Origin: Glaucostegus cemiculus
Lineage: Eukaryota
Length of the DNA stretch: 64,000 nt
Assembly (NCBI GenBank): GCA_976551045.1
Contig: CDPCPM010000247.1
Coordinates: 3,472,001-3,536,000, forward strand
Direction: 5' to 3'
The position numbers and the translations under genes are program-made. The notes beneath the pieces were generated by a model. It was not told the origin of the DNA, did no database searches, and saw nothing but the letters and a program-made list of their open reading frames with translations. Shown here in pieces: positions 12,261 through 24,900 of this stretch; the first letter of the stretch is position 1; the number at the start of each line of letters is the position of its first letter.

Positions 12261-14437
12261 TTTACTCCATGGAAAATGTCTGATGTTGAACTTGTTTTGC
12301 AATTCCATCAACCACGTTACCTATTTTAAATTTTGTCTGCCGACAAAATATCTTGTTAAATCGTCGATAATAGTTCCAGCATAGGCACGATACGATACAT
12401 GAAAACTGCCAACAGATTAGGCAGATTTAGCCATCTCTAAAAGACGCTGGAGATCGCCTGTGATCTCTCTAGCAGATACAACATTCAAATGAGCGCAAAT
12501 CAGAATAATTAGACTTAATAAGATTAGTTTCCCATATATTTTTAATTGTAGTGATGATGAGTGAGTGGGAACCGTGTGGGAGATAAATTGTGCAAACACT
12601 CCGGCACCACCAACTTCTTCTGCCCCTTTCAGACGTTCCTTAATTTCTGCTCCCCGCGCTCCCGGGCTGTAACAGAGTGGCGCACTGAGGAGGCAGCGCA
12701 GTGCACCGGGAGAGGGAAACCCTTTCTTCGCGAGAGAATGGAGGGGGTCGAGTTTGGATCTGGGCCCCTATCTGGCTTAACGCAGATCTGGTTTTAATCA
12801 ACAATACCAGGCAACATCATCCCCTTTATTGACTTCATCTGAGGCATTTAAAGTACCTCCACGCTTCGCCTATCCTGGGTTAGTGTGGAACCACACGTCG
12901 GGAAATGCCTTCTGCCGCCTTTAAAAAGAAATTAAAGTGATTTATGACGTTCACTTTATTGGTTGAAAGAATATTGAATTGCCTTAAAACATTACTTCAA
13001 CCAGAATCGAAGTTATTCAGCATTCTCTGATATTTGGTAAATGCACAAATGACCGTGTCAATCTGATAACCACTGCTTTACCCTGGCTCACATACTCAGC
13101 ACCGGTTTAACGTGTTTCATTACAAAGGCTCCATGGAAAGTTTTTGAGATCCATCTTTCCCCAAACTGTCGGGAGTGGCCCCTTCCCGCGCTCTGCGACA
13201 TTTTGTGAGCGCTATTCCCGAGCTCGGTATGTTTTTGTTTAAATTTCTTCACAGAGCACTTTAGTCAGCCGGAAAATGTGCTGGAGCCACGGCCTGGTCC
13301 CGGCACATTGTAAGGCTATTCCCCCTTCTACCCTCCCCCAAACAAGGAAACAGCCGCTACATCTGAGATAGGGGGAGGTCACTGAACCCACCCTGGGCCT
13401 CCCCGACACACACACGGGGATCAATTTCATGGAATCGTATCCCGGCCATTGAAGCCGCAGAGAACGCCCGGCAGTCCAGTGTTCCGGCGTTTTAATCTAA
13501 ATGTGCCGTGCTTCAATGTTCTCAGACCTTCCAGCCGACACAAGCGCAGGCTGCCTCTCCCCTCGCAGCCAACCAACGGCTGCGACATTACAGCTGGAAG
13601 GTACATTGTGTCAAGTCAGTTTCCGAGAAGAAACTGGCTTCTTCCATTTAAAAATTTTCGCTCTCAATATTTGGTCTTCTTTCAACAATCGTAGATTTTG
13701 GGGGCAGGCAGTGAAGAATGTCTTCGTGGATCTAAATTCCTTCCAAATGAGTACTGGGCTTTATCGATAGATACTTTGGTAAAGGCAGCTGCCAGACTCT
13801 GTACTTTGCAGCGAAGTTCAAACTAGGTAAAAAGCCAACAAGCAGTACTGGAAAAGTTTATTCGCGGATGAACCAAACGTTTAAAAATTTCATGAAATAT
13901 CTGAACAAATGTATGGAACATAAGAAGATAACTGCTTTATAAAGGCAAGCCATGTATTGTGAATCGGACAAGGAAAGTTTTAAATGGCGCGGCTGCAAGG
14001 CAACTGAATTCCACTAAAACTGACGATTGCTTTCTCGGGGTTCCCGTTCCGCCTCAACTGAGATTACAGTTTGGATGAAGCATTTCCCCAATAATTTCTG
14101 AAGAGGTGAACACAGAACCACCATAGAATAATGAGAGAAAAAACGTAAAATGGCATCCTTTGGGGGAATTACAAAGTTAAATGCAGTGAAGGAACAGGTA
14201 AAGTAGTTGGGGTGAGGGATATAGGCATCTTATCAATGCTCTGTTTCAACTCTGCAAACACCCATCCCCAAGCATAGTAAAATAAACACCAGTGTAGCTG
14301 GAGAACAATACTGCATCCATCCTATAACATTCTCTTGTCAAGTGCAAACAACTGGCAGGAATAACATACCAATGCTCATTCATTCGTGTTTGAATCTTCA
14401 TTAAAAGCAACAGAGCAGAGGAGAGCTGGACACTCAC

Positions 14438-14443
14438 CTGCAT
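14438..14443 (-). CDS. Putative two-codon (Met-Gln) coding end of a first exon; Wnt5-family gene, probably wnt5b, inferred from synteny
   Basis: The minus strand reads GCTGAAA ATG CAG|GTGAGT: A at -3, a perfect donor, phase 0, at the downstream edge of the CpG island. It mirrors WNT5A exon 1 (ATG AAG|GT) and lies downstream of ERC on the same strand, as Wnt5 genes do. No Wnt exon 2 (NSWW motif) was found in 1-14437. Confidence 0.45.
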
Positions 14444-15700
14444 TTTCAGCTCCGAGTTACTGGTAAGTTTCCAGGCTCTTGAAGCCAATCAGAATTCTTT
14501 TCTTGGACAGCAGTGAAATAAAACTTAGTTGGCAATAAAACTCTTAGGATGAAGATGCCCACGGAGTCAACACGGAGCAGTTGGCTCTCAGGATTCTGAG
14601 ACAGTAAGAGGACTGGGGCTGGCTTATGTGAGCATGTTGCACCTGTTATTGAAACTCTTTCAGGTTTAGAACCATATCTCCAGAGCAACACCAGCACATA
14701 GAATCCGTGCCCTCTGCCAGTACTTCCAGCAGCTCTTCTTGTTCTCACTTCCCCCTCACACGCATTCGGCCAATCTCTGTCCCTTCCTACTGTGGGCTTT
14801 TTCCCCCTCCAAATCTGACACTTTCCGTCCTGGAGTCCTTTTATCCCACTCCTGCCTTATTACAGGTTAGTGTTTTGGCTTTTCGAGCTTGGAATCTTGT
14901 ATGTTAAGTTTCATTAATACTGTACCTTCCTTTCGGCCTCGCACGATGTCTGAGGAGCAGCGCCAATTTCTTTTCAAATCGAGTGTCACTTCATCACTTC
15001 GGCGCAGTGCGGGGGTGTCGGACTGTCAGACCCGTCTGTCACAGCCTGGCTCGGTGGTAGCGCGCTGCAGCCATTTCACCGTCGGCTGTCACATGAATTG
15101 GAGAAGAAAATGTGGAAGGCGTGAACCGATTTGGAGGAGTTCCCCCGGCGCCCACAACTACCTTCTCTCGCCGATTCCGCTTTGTTTCAGGCAACCCCTT
15201 TCCAGCTACAATAAACCTATTCAAGCCCTACTTCCAAAGCACCGAGCTGCGATCCTGGCTCCCCGCTCCAGTTCCCTGTCTGCACTGACGGGTTATTCTG
15301 GTTCACACACGCACCCCTCAGTTCGACAAAGTAACACATCCAGCACTGAAAGGATTGCGTTGGGTTGACGGTCACTTTAACTCCGAGGTGCACTGCTGGC
15401 TGAGGATGGAAACTTCTGCAAAGTTTCGTAGGAGTTTGCAGCAACTTTTTTTCTCTGGATTTTAATCCCTTATCTAACTGGCGCGATTTCTTTCTCTCTC
15501 CCTTGGATCAGTGGAAGTTCGGGTCGTTACAGTTCGATCTCTGTGCGGGAGACATTGTCCTGTCCTGTGTGACGAGCTCCGGCGGCTGGGGGTCGGGCTG
15601 CTTCAGTGGAGCAGAGGCGATTCGCCGGGGGCTGCTCGCTGACTCCAACTAAACGCGGCTCAACGCTGCTACCTGAGCCAGAGAGCCGCGCCTGCGCACT
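14444..15700 (-). other. Putative long GC-rich 5'UTR / first exon(s) of the minus-strand gene
   Basis: CpG-rich unique sequence between the promoter core and the donor at 14437. A second possible donor AAG|GTACAG lies at 14926/14925. The TSS is not determined. Confidence 0.45.
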
Positions 15701-15760
15701 CGCCCTTCCCGCCGACTGCGCGCAGCCCAGTGACAGGTTAGCGCCTTAAAGCGAGACTGC
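15680..15760 (-). promoter_or_regulatory. Core/proximal promoter
   Basis: NRF1-type GCGCCTGCGCA (15688-15698), E2F-type TTCCCGCC (15706-15713) and TALE-type TGACAG (15731-15736) at the peak of the CpG island. GC content drops sharply after ~15770. Confidence 0.55.
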
Positions 15761-18354
15761 CCCGGATCTCAAATCCAAGTAATTCACCATAAGACAGATG
15801 TCCTATTAGTGCTAAAACTTAAATAAACATCTTGTAGGGAGGGAGAGTTAGCATTGACACATTTTGTCACGATTACATTTGCAAAAGGGTTAAGGTTTCA
15901 AGTTTCGGTGTACTTTGCTGTTGGTGCTATTTTAACGTTGGCCACATTCTTCTCAGTCAGGACACGAAGAATGGGCAAATGAAGCAGATAAAGAGAATTA
16001 AATAACAACCCTCCAACATCACAAGTCCTCGGGCCATCACTGCGCCATGTACACTGCCCTCCACACAACAGTGCCCAGATATTCCAGTTATCTCCCTCTC
16101 CAGAGCCCGAAGCCGAGTTTGCATTCTGCTCTGGTTCAGCTCTTTTTTGATTCACTGGTTTGATATCGTTGGTTGAAATCTTTACCTGAGGCTTTTAAAT
16201 TACCCCGGGACGGGAGAATGGAACTTCTATTCGATTGATAGAACTGCGGTACACTGTCTAACAAAGTGAACACCAACGTAATTCCTGGCGGAACAAACTC
16301 GGATTTACCTGTTTTTGGCACAGTGTCGTTCATTTTTTTTGAATGATCGATCCTAAGTCGCTTGAACAACTTTGCGACGTTTAAGCCCCTATCGAACGCT
16401 CTTCGGCGAAGAGTCCGCTAATTACTTTCGTGGTTATGTGAACGGTGTTTATTCGAGTACACAGACATTGAGTTTATTATTTTTTTCACATGAATCTCTG
16501 ACAATAGCCAATTGTTAAGTGTATTATCATGTTATTCTGTAATATATTGGGCAAGTACTCTCATACATTCAACACACATGTATAAGCAGAAACATGGAAC
16601 ACATTTTGTAAATACACAGGCACGCACATTATATTTGTGCAACAATATATATGCACAAACATCTACAGCCGCAATATTCCAACATAATTATAGTTCACAT
16701 CTATGTGGATATAAACATGTCGTAATACATATTGTTATTGGTATGTACTTAACAACAAATAAATGCACCAAGTTTCACCGGTGCCTCGCTCCTTGACTAT
16801 TTGAGATGGCCATATATGGGTCAATCAGACCCTTGACTACTTGTCATTTTGTTTGCTACCTTACAAGAGTAGCCGCATATCAAACTGTGTTTAACTACAT
16901 GTGGAACATTCGGGGACATTCTAAGACTCTAAACAGGTCAGGTCTTCTCATGTACAGGTAAGCCACATGCCTTTGCGAAATAAACAAAAAAACATTCTCT
17001 GAAGACTTGCCCCAATACTTTCATTGGATCTTTTGCAAAAGATTGATCTTCCTGCATGAAGTTCAAGAAAAATAACATACATCTGTCCTGCACCGAGAAA
17101 CAAATTCGGAGATACATATACCTTGGTGAATCAATTAATATATACTAAACTCACTAAATATATTATTCCAATATATCTTTCAATGTTCCCGACTCTTCCA
17201 TTTTGTGCAGGTTATGCAAAGTTATTTACTGGCCCGTGAGCGACGGCCTTTACCAATTGTTGAATCATTCGGCAGTATGTAACGTTTGAATCAAAAAGAG
17301 ACAACGCCTTTTTGTTTTAATTCCTCCAATTACATTTTGAAGAAGAGATATTTGTTGGCTCACTAATCTAAATGAATTTCAAATCTATGTCCTACAGCGA
17401 GTTGTGTAAAAGGCTGCGTTTCACTTCTGCCAAATGAATGATTCTCAAGTATTATATAGCAAGCTAACAAATGCTGCAATCATTGATTCTTGGCAGGTTT
17501 AACAAAGTTGCTGACATGATGAATTCATCAGATAAACAAGTAATAGGTAACAAAGAACTGTGTATTTAGTATACAAGAATCGGCATGGTTCTCAGTTTAG
17601 TCTTATTTCTGTCGAAAACTAATGTTGGGATTTCATTTGTGTCGAACGGAATTAACGAACAAGACGACAGTTTTGAAATGGCGAGGATGGGTCACACATC
17701 ATGTTCTTCAGAAGGAGTTCTTGTTTGGATCAAAGCACGAACTAAGGCTGTTTATTTTCCTCCCGCAGTTTGTTACATTGAAACAACAGTGAAAAGCCGG
17801 CAGCTCTCCAAAGCAATCACATCCCGCATTCTGTGTCTTCATCATGACCGGGAAGATGCTGAAGGAACAGGTGCTTTAGAATCGTGTTCCAGGGCAATCA
17901 TCCTGAGATGGCTGTTTAGCCCATTGCAACTGGGGGGTTTTAATCTTGTTATCCTTGGCATTTTTTAAAAAGAAGGTCGTTATTGGAAAGTATGGCCATA
18001 ATAATATAAGACAATTCCACTTTGAGTATACTTCACAAAATAAATAATGACATTCCTCATTTATTAGGAAAATATTTATTGGGCGTTACTTCTGCTCCCT
18101 TGTCTTGTAAGGAGGAGGGTAGAATTGGACATTCACGGTACCTCACTCTTCTCCTCGTGACCCACTGATACCAAGAAACATCCAGTGGAACCGGACGCGC
18201 TCACACAAAGACTGGTTCTGAATTTGTTAATACCGAGGTCGTACTCTTTGTTGAGGGCAACGTTGGCAAATGAACAGTTCTATTCAATATGCTTTGTCTT
18301 GAACAATTTCTTTAATGGTGCAATTGCTGTAAAACACGGCGCTGCAGTCATTCC

Positions 18355-18600
18355 TAAGGAAAGAACATGCGTGTTTGGATAGCACCTTTTGCATCCCCAA
18401 AACCCGTTATAGTCACCCGTTATATTGACCTTTACTGCTTAAACAAACTCGGTAATATTATTCCAGAGATAATTATTGGTCACGGCTTTCGAGGAGCCTC
18501 CCGATCGCGGGATTCCTACTACCTAAAGTGATCAAGGTCTGACACCTCCTCTCAAAGGTGCCACCTGCACTCGTACAGCATTCTTTCCGGACTTATGTCC
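18355..18600 (-). mobile_element. Deu-domain SINE (SacSINE1-like) remnant
   Basis: ctcctctcaaaggtgccacctgcactcgtacagcattcttt approximates the reverse complement of GGGAGTGCTGCACTGTCGGAGGTGCCGTCTTTCGGATGAG. A tail-like segment lies at 18360-18410. Confidence 0.45.
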
Positions 18601-21364
18601 GATTACGTTGATTCAGACTAAACTGGAGGAAAACTGATTTTCCCAGTTGACATACAGTACGTGTGAGGATAAGCCAAGCCCAAGCTGAAATGGGATTTAA
18701 GATGATTGCATTCTTCCCATAGCCCGACAGGACGCTTCCGAAACCCCAGGACCCAGGCAACTGGAGTGGAAGGGACCACCTGCGACCTCGAGGAGCTGCC
18801 CAGGAAGTCGAGGCAACCAGTGGCACAGGGGCTGGGCTCCTTGTTGACTGTCGGTAGAACTATTTTGTCAGTATCAGATACAACCCATGTTGTCATTATT
18901 CTCACTAACATTCCTCATTCCGGGATTCGGGTGGCATCATTCCGTGTCGGTCCTGCTGAAGGATCCCGCCAGAAGGGGATCAATATGGCTCCACGTCCTA
19001 AGGTGGCGCTCTCTTATTTAAACCAGATAACACAGATAAATGGGAAAGTAACTCAAAAGTGAGGCATTTGCAAATACGGACACACACTTGTAGTCCAGTC
19101 AATACCTGGTCTTCCGTCTCTTCTGCTTCCGTGTGTAAAGTTCTGTTTCTGACGACTCATTAACTTCAAAGCTCCTGTTTAAAGTTGGGAGGAAGGGACA
19201 CAGCACCATTAACGCATCTTCATCCGCCTCATTACTTGAACCTCAGGCTGTGTCCAGAAAGTAAACCTTTCTCCTTTGACTGTCAATGCCTTTGTAATGG
19301 GTTAGAATGGAGGTTATCCATTATCCATAACCTGCTTTATTTTGAATAATATATTTCAAAGTCTCAAAACATTTGAGTTTGTGCGGAGCGCTCAGCTTGT
19401 TTTGCGTGAAGGTCATCATAATGGTGGATCTGGGGTTTATCAAAGACTAGTTGGTGTAATTTAGCGTTATTCTAGGATTTTGTTAATGTAGGCTTTTTAA
19501 TGCAACATGTTTAGCGCCGCTGGCAAATCGAATCAATTCAGAAAACACATCCAATTTGGTTAAAAGTGATTCCCTCTTTCCCCCCGTATTCCAACAGTTA
19601 GTTTCACAGTAGGTCTGAACGGACGTGGACCTGGTTCTACTTCTAAATATTAACCGCTTCATTTCCGAGAAGCTACATTGAGAACAACTTCCCAACAAAA
19701 TGTTTTTTTATTCACCTGAATAGATTGATCAAAACAATATCACTTTCTCTTTTCTGCATTTTCCTCAGCGGGACCTTACGTTACTTGCATTTAGTAGTTA
19801 CTTCTCAAGAAACCCGAGCTGCACTCCCCTTCCTGCGCTCCCATCCTGGTAAGAGAAGTCAAGGAGCAGGAAGAGGGAACGAAATCGCGTTACCTACAAG
19901 CCATGTAGATTTCTGATCGCACCAAAACTTGTTCATGTCGACAAACTTGAACGTAGTAACGGGAACACCCGTGGGGACAGGTGTAACCATTCAGCCAATT
20001 TAGTACTAAAAATGACAACGAATGGAGATATTTCATTGCAATTCAAAACTTTTCAGTTGAAGTTGCACGGTGTCACAGAAATGGCAACAGATCTGTGAAT
20101 GTGCGATTCGAATTGCTCGCATGTCCAAAGGGCCAGGTGTGCGACTTCTTTCTTCCAATTATTTTACCTGATAGCTACCAGAATAACGACTGCACCAGCA
20201 TATGTGTTGTTAGAGTCACAGAACGATGAATTTTTATGGTTGGATGTGGACGACGATATAGACAGATGACAAGCGACTGGCGGTCTGTTTCCCATCTGCC
20301 TGATGTTTGATTTATCAGAACAACTGCACAGGAGAAAATTTGAATTAAAACAACTTTACGAAATGGTGTTTTAAGTGATCAAGTTAAAGGGGCAAACTAA
20401 AGTAAGTGGCGTTCGCGTATATAATTATGGACACGTTTCCTGGCATCTCGAGTAAATTATTAGGACTAATTGTTAACTTTGAAGATCCAGCAAGAAACGT
20501 TAATTTCATTCGACACTCAAAGCGGAATTGTCTTGGTCATTAAAACAACCAGACTTTAAAAGTGCCTTTGCTCTTAATGATGAAGCTATATTACATGACA
20601 TTAGGACACACAGCTATTTCCGTTCATGTGCTGTCCAAATTAGAAGTCAAGGGAATGTAAATCTATTTTCTCTTGTAATTGGACGTCAGATGAATTACAA
20701 TAATATTGTTGAGTGGCGGGGTTTACAGTCTGGGGATTTATGAATAAGGATTTATGAAATGTTAACAGAGCATTTTTAAAAGAAACTTAGTGAATCAAAA
20801 GTTCTGTTCATGCCATTGAGCTCAGCTGCTCATTAGCCTGAGCTAGATTGTACACAACCTCAGGATTTTATTGAGCTTTGAACTTCTGATTCCTGTCCGT
20901 CGCAAAAATTTGTTCCATGCTTCCTCCCCTCTGTCCCACTTTATCAACTCTGCTACTTAAAGTCTTACCCAAGCCTTCATTTTGATTTTCCCTTTGACCT
21001 CTTTACTGCCCTCCAAACCTCCAGTTTCCAAACCATCCAAAACCGGACTGTGTCTATCCTATTCTGGACCAGGCATTTTTTTCTCCCCATTCTTAGTGGT
21101 ACAACAGATGTCATCTTTTTACTGATCATATTTAACATCTTTGTCATCATTGACTCACCCCATATTACCTTAACAAGGTTTTCATCCTTATACTTCTTCG
21201 TGTCACCTCTTGTGTAATCTCCTCCTTCAAATCCACCTTCAGTTCCTCATTGAAACTCCCTCCCAAATTATACTGTCTATCTACTCACTTCCCCACCTTT
21301 TAAAACTTTCTCAAATACATGTGACTTCTTTAAACTCTTCCATAAAGTATTTTGTTTAATTTGT

Positions 21365-21900
21365 TCAAGGATGTGGGGATTCTAGGTGACCAGCATTTAT
21401 GCCCATCCCTAATCATCCTTCATAAGCCATAGTATTCTGGAATTGGCGCAGTCCACGTGGTGACGTTATGATCCTCACCCTCTGTTACTGAGTAGCGATG
21501 GGTTGGGTTGGGTCAGCAATGGTATGTGACTTGCAGAGGAGCTTCAACTTTTCCAGTCATGTGCTGTCTTTGTTCTTCTTGGCCCTAAGGCTCTGAGGTT
21601 TGGACAGTGCTGTCACAGTAGGCTTGCTACATTTCTGCAATGCATACTCTGCACTCCAGCTATGGTGTGCCGGTGTGCAGGGAAGTGGAAGGTGGATTCC
21701 TGGATACAAAACACCCATCCTCTAACCTGCTTGACATTAAAGTCAGTGGCTGACCCAGTTAAGTTTCTGGTCAATATTAAACCTCATGATGTCAATAGTG
21801 GAGGAATTTGACTTGGGTAATGTTGTTAAGTGTGAAGGGAGGTGATTAAACTCTTGTTGGAAATGGTCATTGGCTGGCATTTGTGTTTTGTAGCCAGTAG
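21365..21900 (-). mobile_element. CR1/L2-group LINE 3' fragment
   Basis: The minus-strand ORF contains IDQKLNWVSH (cf. IDQKLNWTSH), and cagcatttatgcccatccctaat is the family tail. Confidence 0.65.
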
Positions 21901-24900
21901 CAGTTAGGTAACCTTGAAGAGACACACATCTACACTTAATGTCTTATAACACTTCATTTACTCTATGGTATATCATAGCATGTTTGTTCAATATAACTAT
22001 CATGTCAATGAAACACACAACACAAATTTGGTTAAATACATTTAATTAAAGCCCAAATGAAAGACTTTAATAGCAAGTAAATATATATAGTGCCAGCCCA
22101 AAAGGTTAAACACCCACAATGGTAAAAAAAAAGTTTGATTTCTAGAAATCTAAAATGTTTGAATCAAGGCAAGGAGGAGGAGCTTAATTTGCCATTATTT
22201 CTTAAATGAAAAGTTACCCATAACTTAAAGTTAAATGAATGTACATAATTTAATGCAAATTATAATGGAGGCAGTTTTTTTTATTTTTACTTTGCTTCAA
22301 ATTAGAAGAGACACTACTTTGCTTCACTCATGTTGAGTTGATGCTTTTACACACACCAGCCTAAAGGAGTAAAGTGAAAAATTGTGCAAACAGAATAATT
22401 ACATTTTCAAATTTGTAATAAAAGTTAAGAATAACATATTTTGTAACTAAAGAATTTTTTTTTGTTACAGCAGAGACATATCTCAACATTTTTTTGTTGT
22501 TTTGGTTTTATTTAAGAGATTCTTCAGCAGCAAAAATGTCAATTGTGTATTTTTCTGATTGCATTCAATGCCCAGGACATCCTATTCCAAAGTATACCTC
22601 CTATTCCCAACTGTTTATCAACACCATTTCCCTGAGCTCATCATTTAAGAGTGTATCTCAATATTAGGCAAAATACAGTATCCAGGTCCAGCAGCAAACC
22701 CTTGTAGCTTACATGAGGAGATGCGAGCAAGAATCCAAGCACAAATGATCAGTCTCATTTGACTTTTATTAATATTGGGATAGAGAAAAGATGAATAGGG
22801 ACCCTGGTGACCTCCAGCTGAGCACAAATATCACACATTTAAGAGTTGTCATCTTTTGAGTTAGCAATGAGTGTGAACTTGATTTAAGCATTCGAAAACT
22901 GATGTTGGGAAGAGTTTAAAAACAGGAGCCAAAGGTGAAAGCCAAAAGTGAATCAAAGAAAACTTGAATAAGCTAAAGTTTGAATAGATAGTCCTTCTAA
23001 TGCTAATATAACCAAATGAAGAACAAATTTAAGTTGTTGGACTATCCATAATGAGTAAGATCTATATATACTAACTAAAGTCAATAGTCTGTAGCACAAG
23101 AACTAATCCAAATCTGTGATATTTATGTAGAGGAGGTAAGTTAACCCAGGTCACTCTAGTGCACACCTTAAAGGCCACCTGCAGAGCACTGCTGGCAGAA
23201 CCATCCACACTTGTGCCTTATGGCATGGCTGGCATGTGAGTGAGAGAAATAATGGAGGGCTCAAAGGATTTTCTTGACATTAAGTACTTTTGATCCATTT
23301 CAAAGAGCACAAGAATTGGTGGAATTAGCATTACTGGTTACATTACAGCTCAGTTTTGTACCAAATTTTTGCAGTTAACCTCATATCAATATGAAACAGA
23401 AAACGTAATGTTTAATTTGAGAATTTCTAAAACTGCATTTTTGTCGGACATGACTGAAAGTCACATAACATTGTGATGTTTATACAGAATCCAGAGCAAT
23501 CCTCCTGCTAAGATTGATTTCATGTTTAGTTATTCTAATGTGAACGCAGTGTCCCTCCCAGCACAACTGTTGTAGATTCACCACCATGATTCTTGCTTAA
23601 TGCTAAAATACTGGTTGTCAGATAAAGACCAAGCCCCATTCAAACTGAGGCTGCCCTTCTTCCATTTGTATGCTGACTCTCATCACTTCATTACATGCCA
23701 ATGCCACGGTGACAAGCTATGTGCATTGATACATCCAAGACATCATCTTAGTGGTTGCAAAATGTGATTGAAAAATGTCATCAGTATCCAATTGCTATCT
23801 TTACATCAGTAACTGAGCAGAAATAATCAGGATACTTAAGTGTGGACACATAGTTTCACACTATTATCTACCTCATGGATGCTAGAAGTCTCTCTCTTCA
23901 TGCCTGTCACTCTCCATGCAGATGGATTTAGATGGACTTTGCTTATTCCTTGATAAATTGATTCATAATGACAAATGTGGTAGTGAATTGCAAGCTTCAC
24001 AAAAGAGAAACAATCATGAGAATCATAAACATATGATTCAGGAGGCAGCAAATTTGGATTGATTTTTTTCACATTCTGAACAAGTTGACTCAATTTATCC
24101 ATTTATCTTTAAAATGAATCCCCAATGTAACACCAGGAAGCTCTAACAATTAGTGTCACTCAGACAGGTCTGAATATATCCTTTGCTGTAAAGTTCAAAT
24201 TAATATTCCTCAGTTATCAAACTGACTATTCCAATCAGCAATCTTATGAATTAGACAATATAAAGGATAAGGCTATCAATCATTTTTTGACACAACCAAC
24301 AAGACAGTTCATTTAGAATAAAGGAGACAAAATTAACCTGCAACAGATTTAACTATGGAATGCACTTTAAAACCAATCATTTAGGGATTAATCTGAGATT
24401 GTTGTGAATTTTGATCATTTAACAAGGTCTAATGAAATGGGATGGCTTTCCCTGTTTCTCCTCAGTAACACGTATGGAACCGATCCCAGTTCAGTTACCA
24501 ATTGGTTCATTTCCAATACAAGATGATGAATTACTTGTTTATAAAACATTAACACTAACATTTCAACACAGTATAACTGCAAGAGTTTTTGCTGGCCTTG
24601 ATTTCAATCCTGGCAATGACATTCATTTATGCTAAGTAATGGGGAAAAGAGAAAAAGCACAGAGCAAGCTAATATTGTGATTATACCACATAAGCAGAAT
24701 GAATAAAAGGGAGATTATAATCCAGCAATTGTTTGCAGCAAAAGAACCAAAAAGAAAACCCTTTTTCTTCCAAATGAAGAAAACCTCATAAAGGCAAATG
24801 AAGGCAGTACATTTTTTGTCAATGTTAATGTCAATGAAGTTAATCAGTTAAGCATACAAGATTTTCATGTAATGCACCAAAGCCCATTTAACACACACCT

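Larger units (their letters stand above)
10050..20950. promoter_or_regulatory. Broad CpG-retaining domain with islands at ~10.2-10.7, 12.6-13.7, 14.9-16.5, 18.4-19.2 and 19.8-20.5 kb
   Basis: CpG dinucleotides are visibly frequent throughout, even in AT-rich stretches, against strong depletion in the flanks (judged by eye). Confidence 0.75.

Noticed and set aside
1-14437. Search for Wnt5 exon 2 (NSWW) or an FBXL14 ORF
   Set aside because: No matching codons or long LRR/F-box ORF found by eye, so the Wnt5 identity stays inferential.
14246-14748. Minus-strand ORFs of 80 and 100 aa around the first-exon donor
   Set aside because: They have non-ATG starts, one runs through the GTGAGT donor into intron, and neither resembles a protein family. 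Only the ATG CAG is considered meaningful.
14889-15368. 159-aa plus-strand ORF in the CpG island
   Set aside because: Ser/Arg/Pro-rich, non-ATG start and no recognisable domain. Expected from stop-poor GC-rich sequence antisense to a leader.
18990-19012. CTCF-like aggtggcgct
   Set aside because: Only the 3' half fits the consensus; the 5' CCAC/CCAG half is missing.
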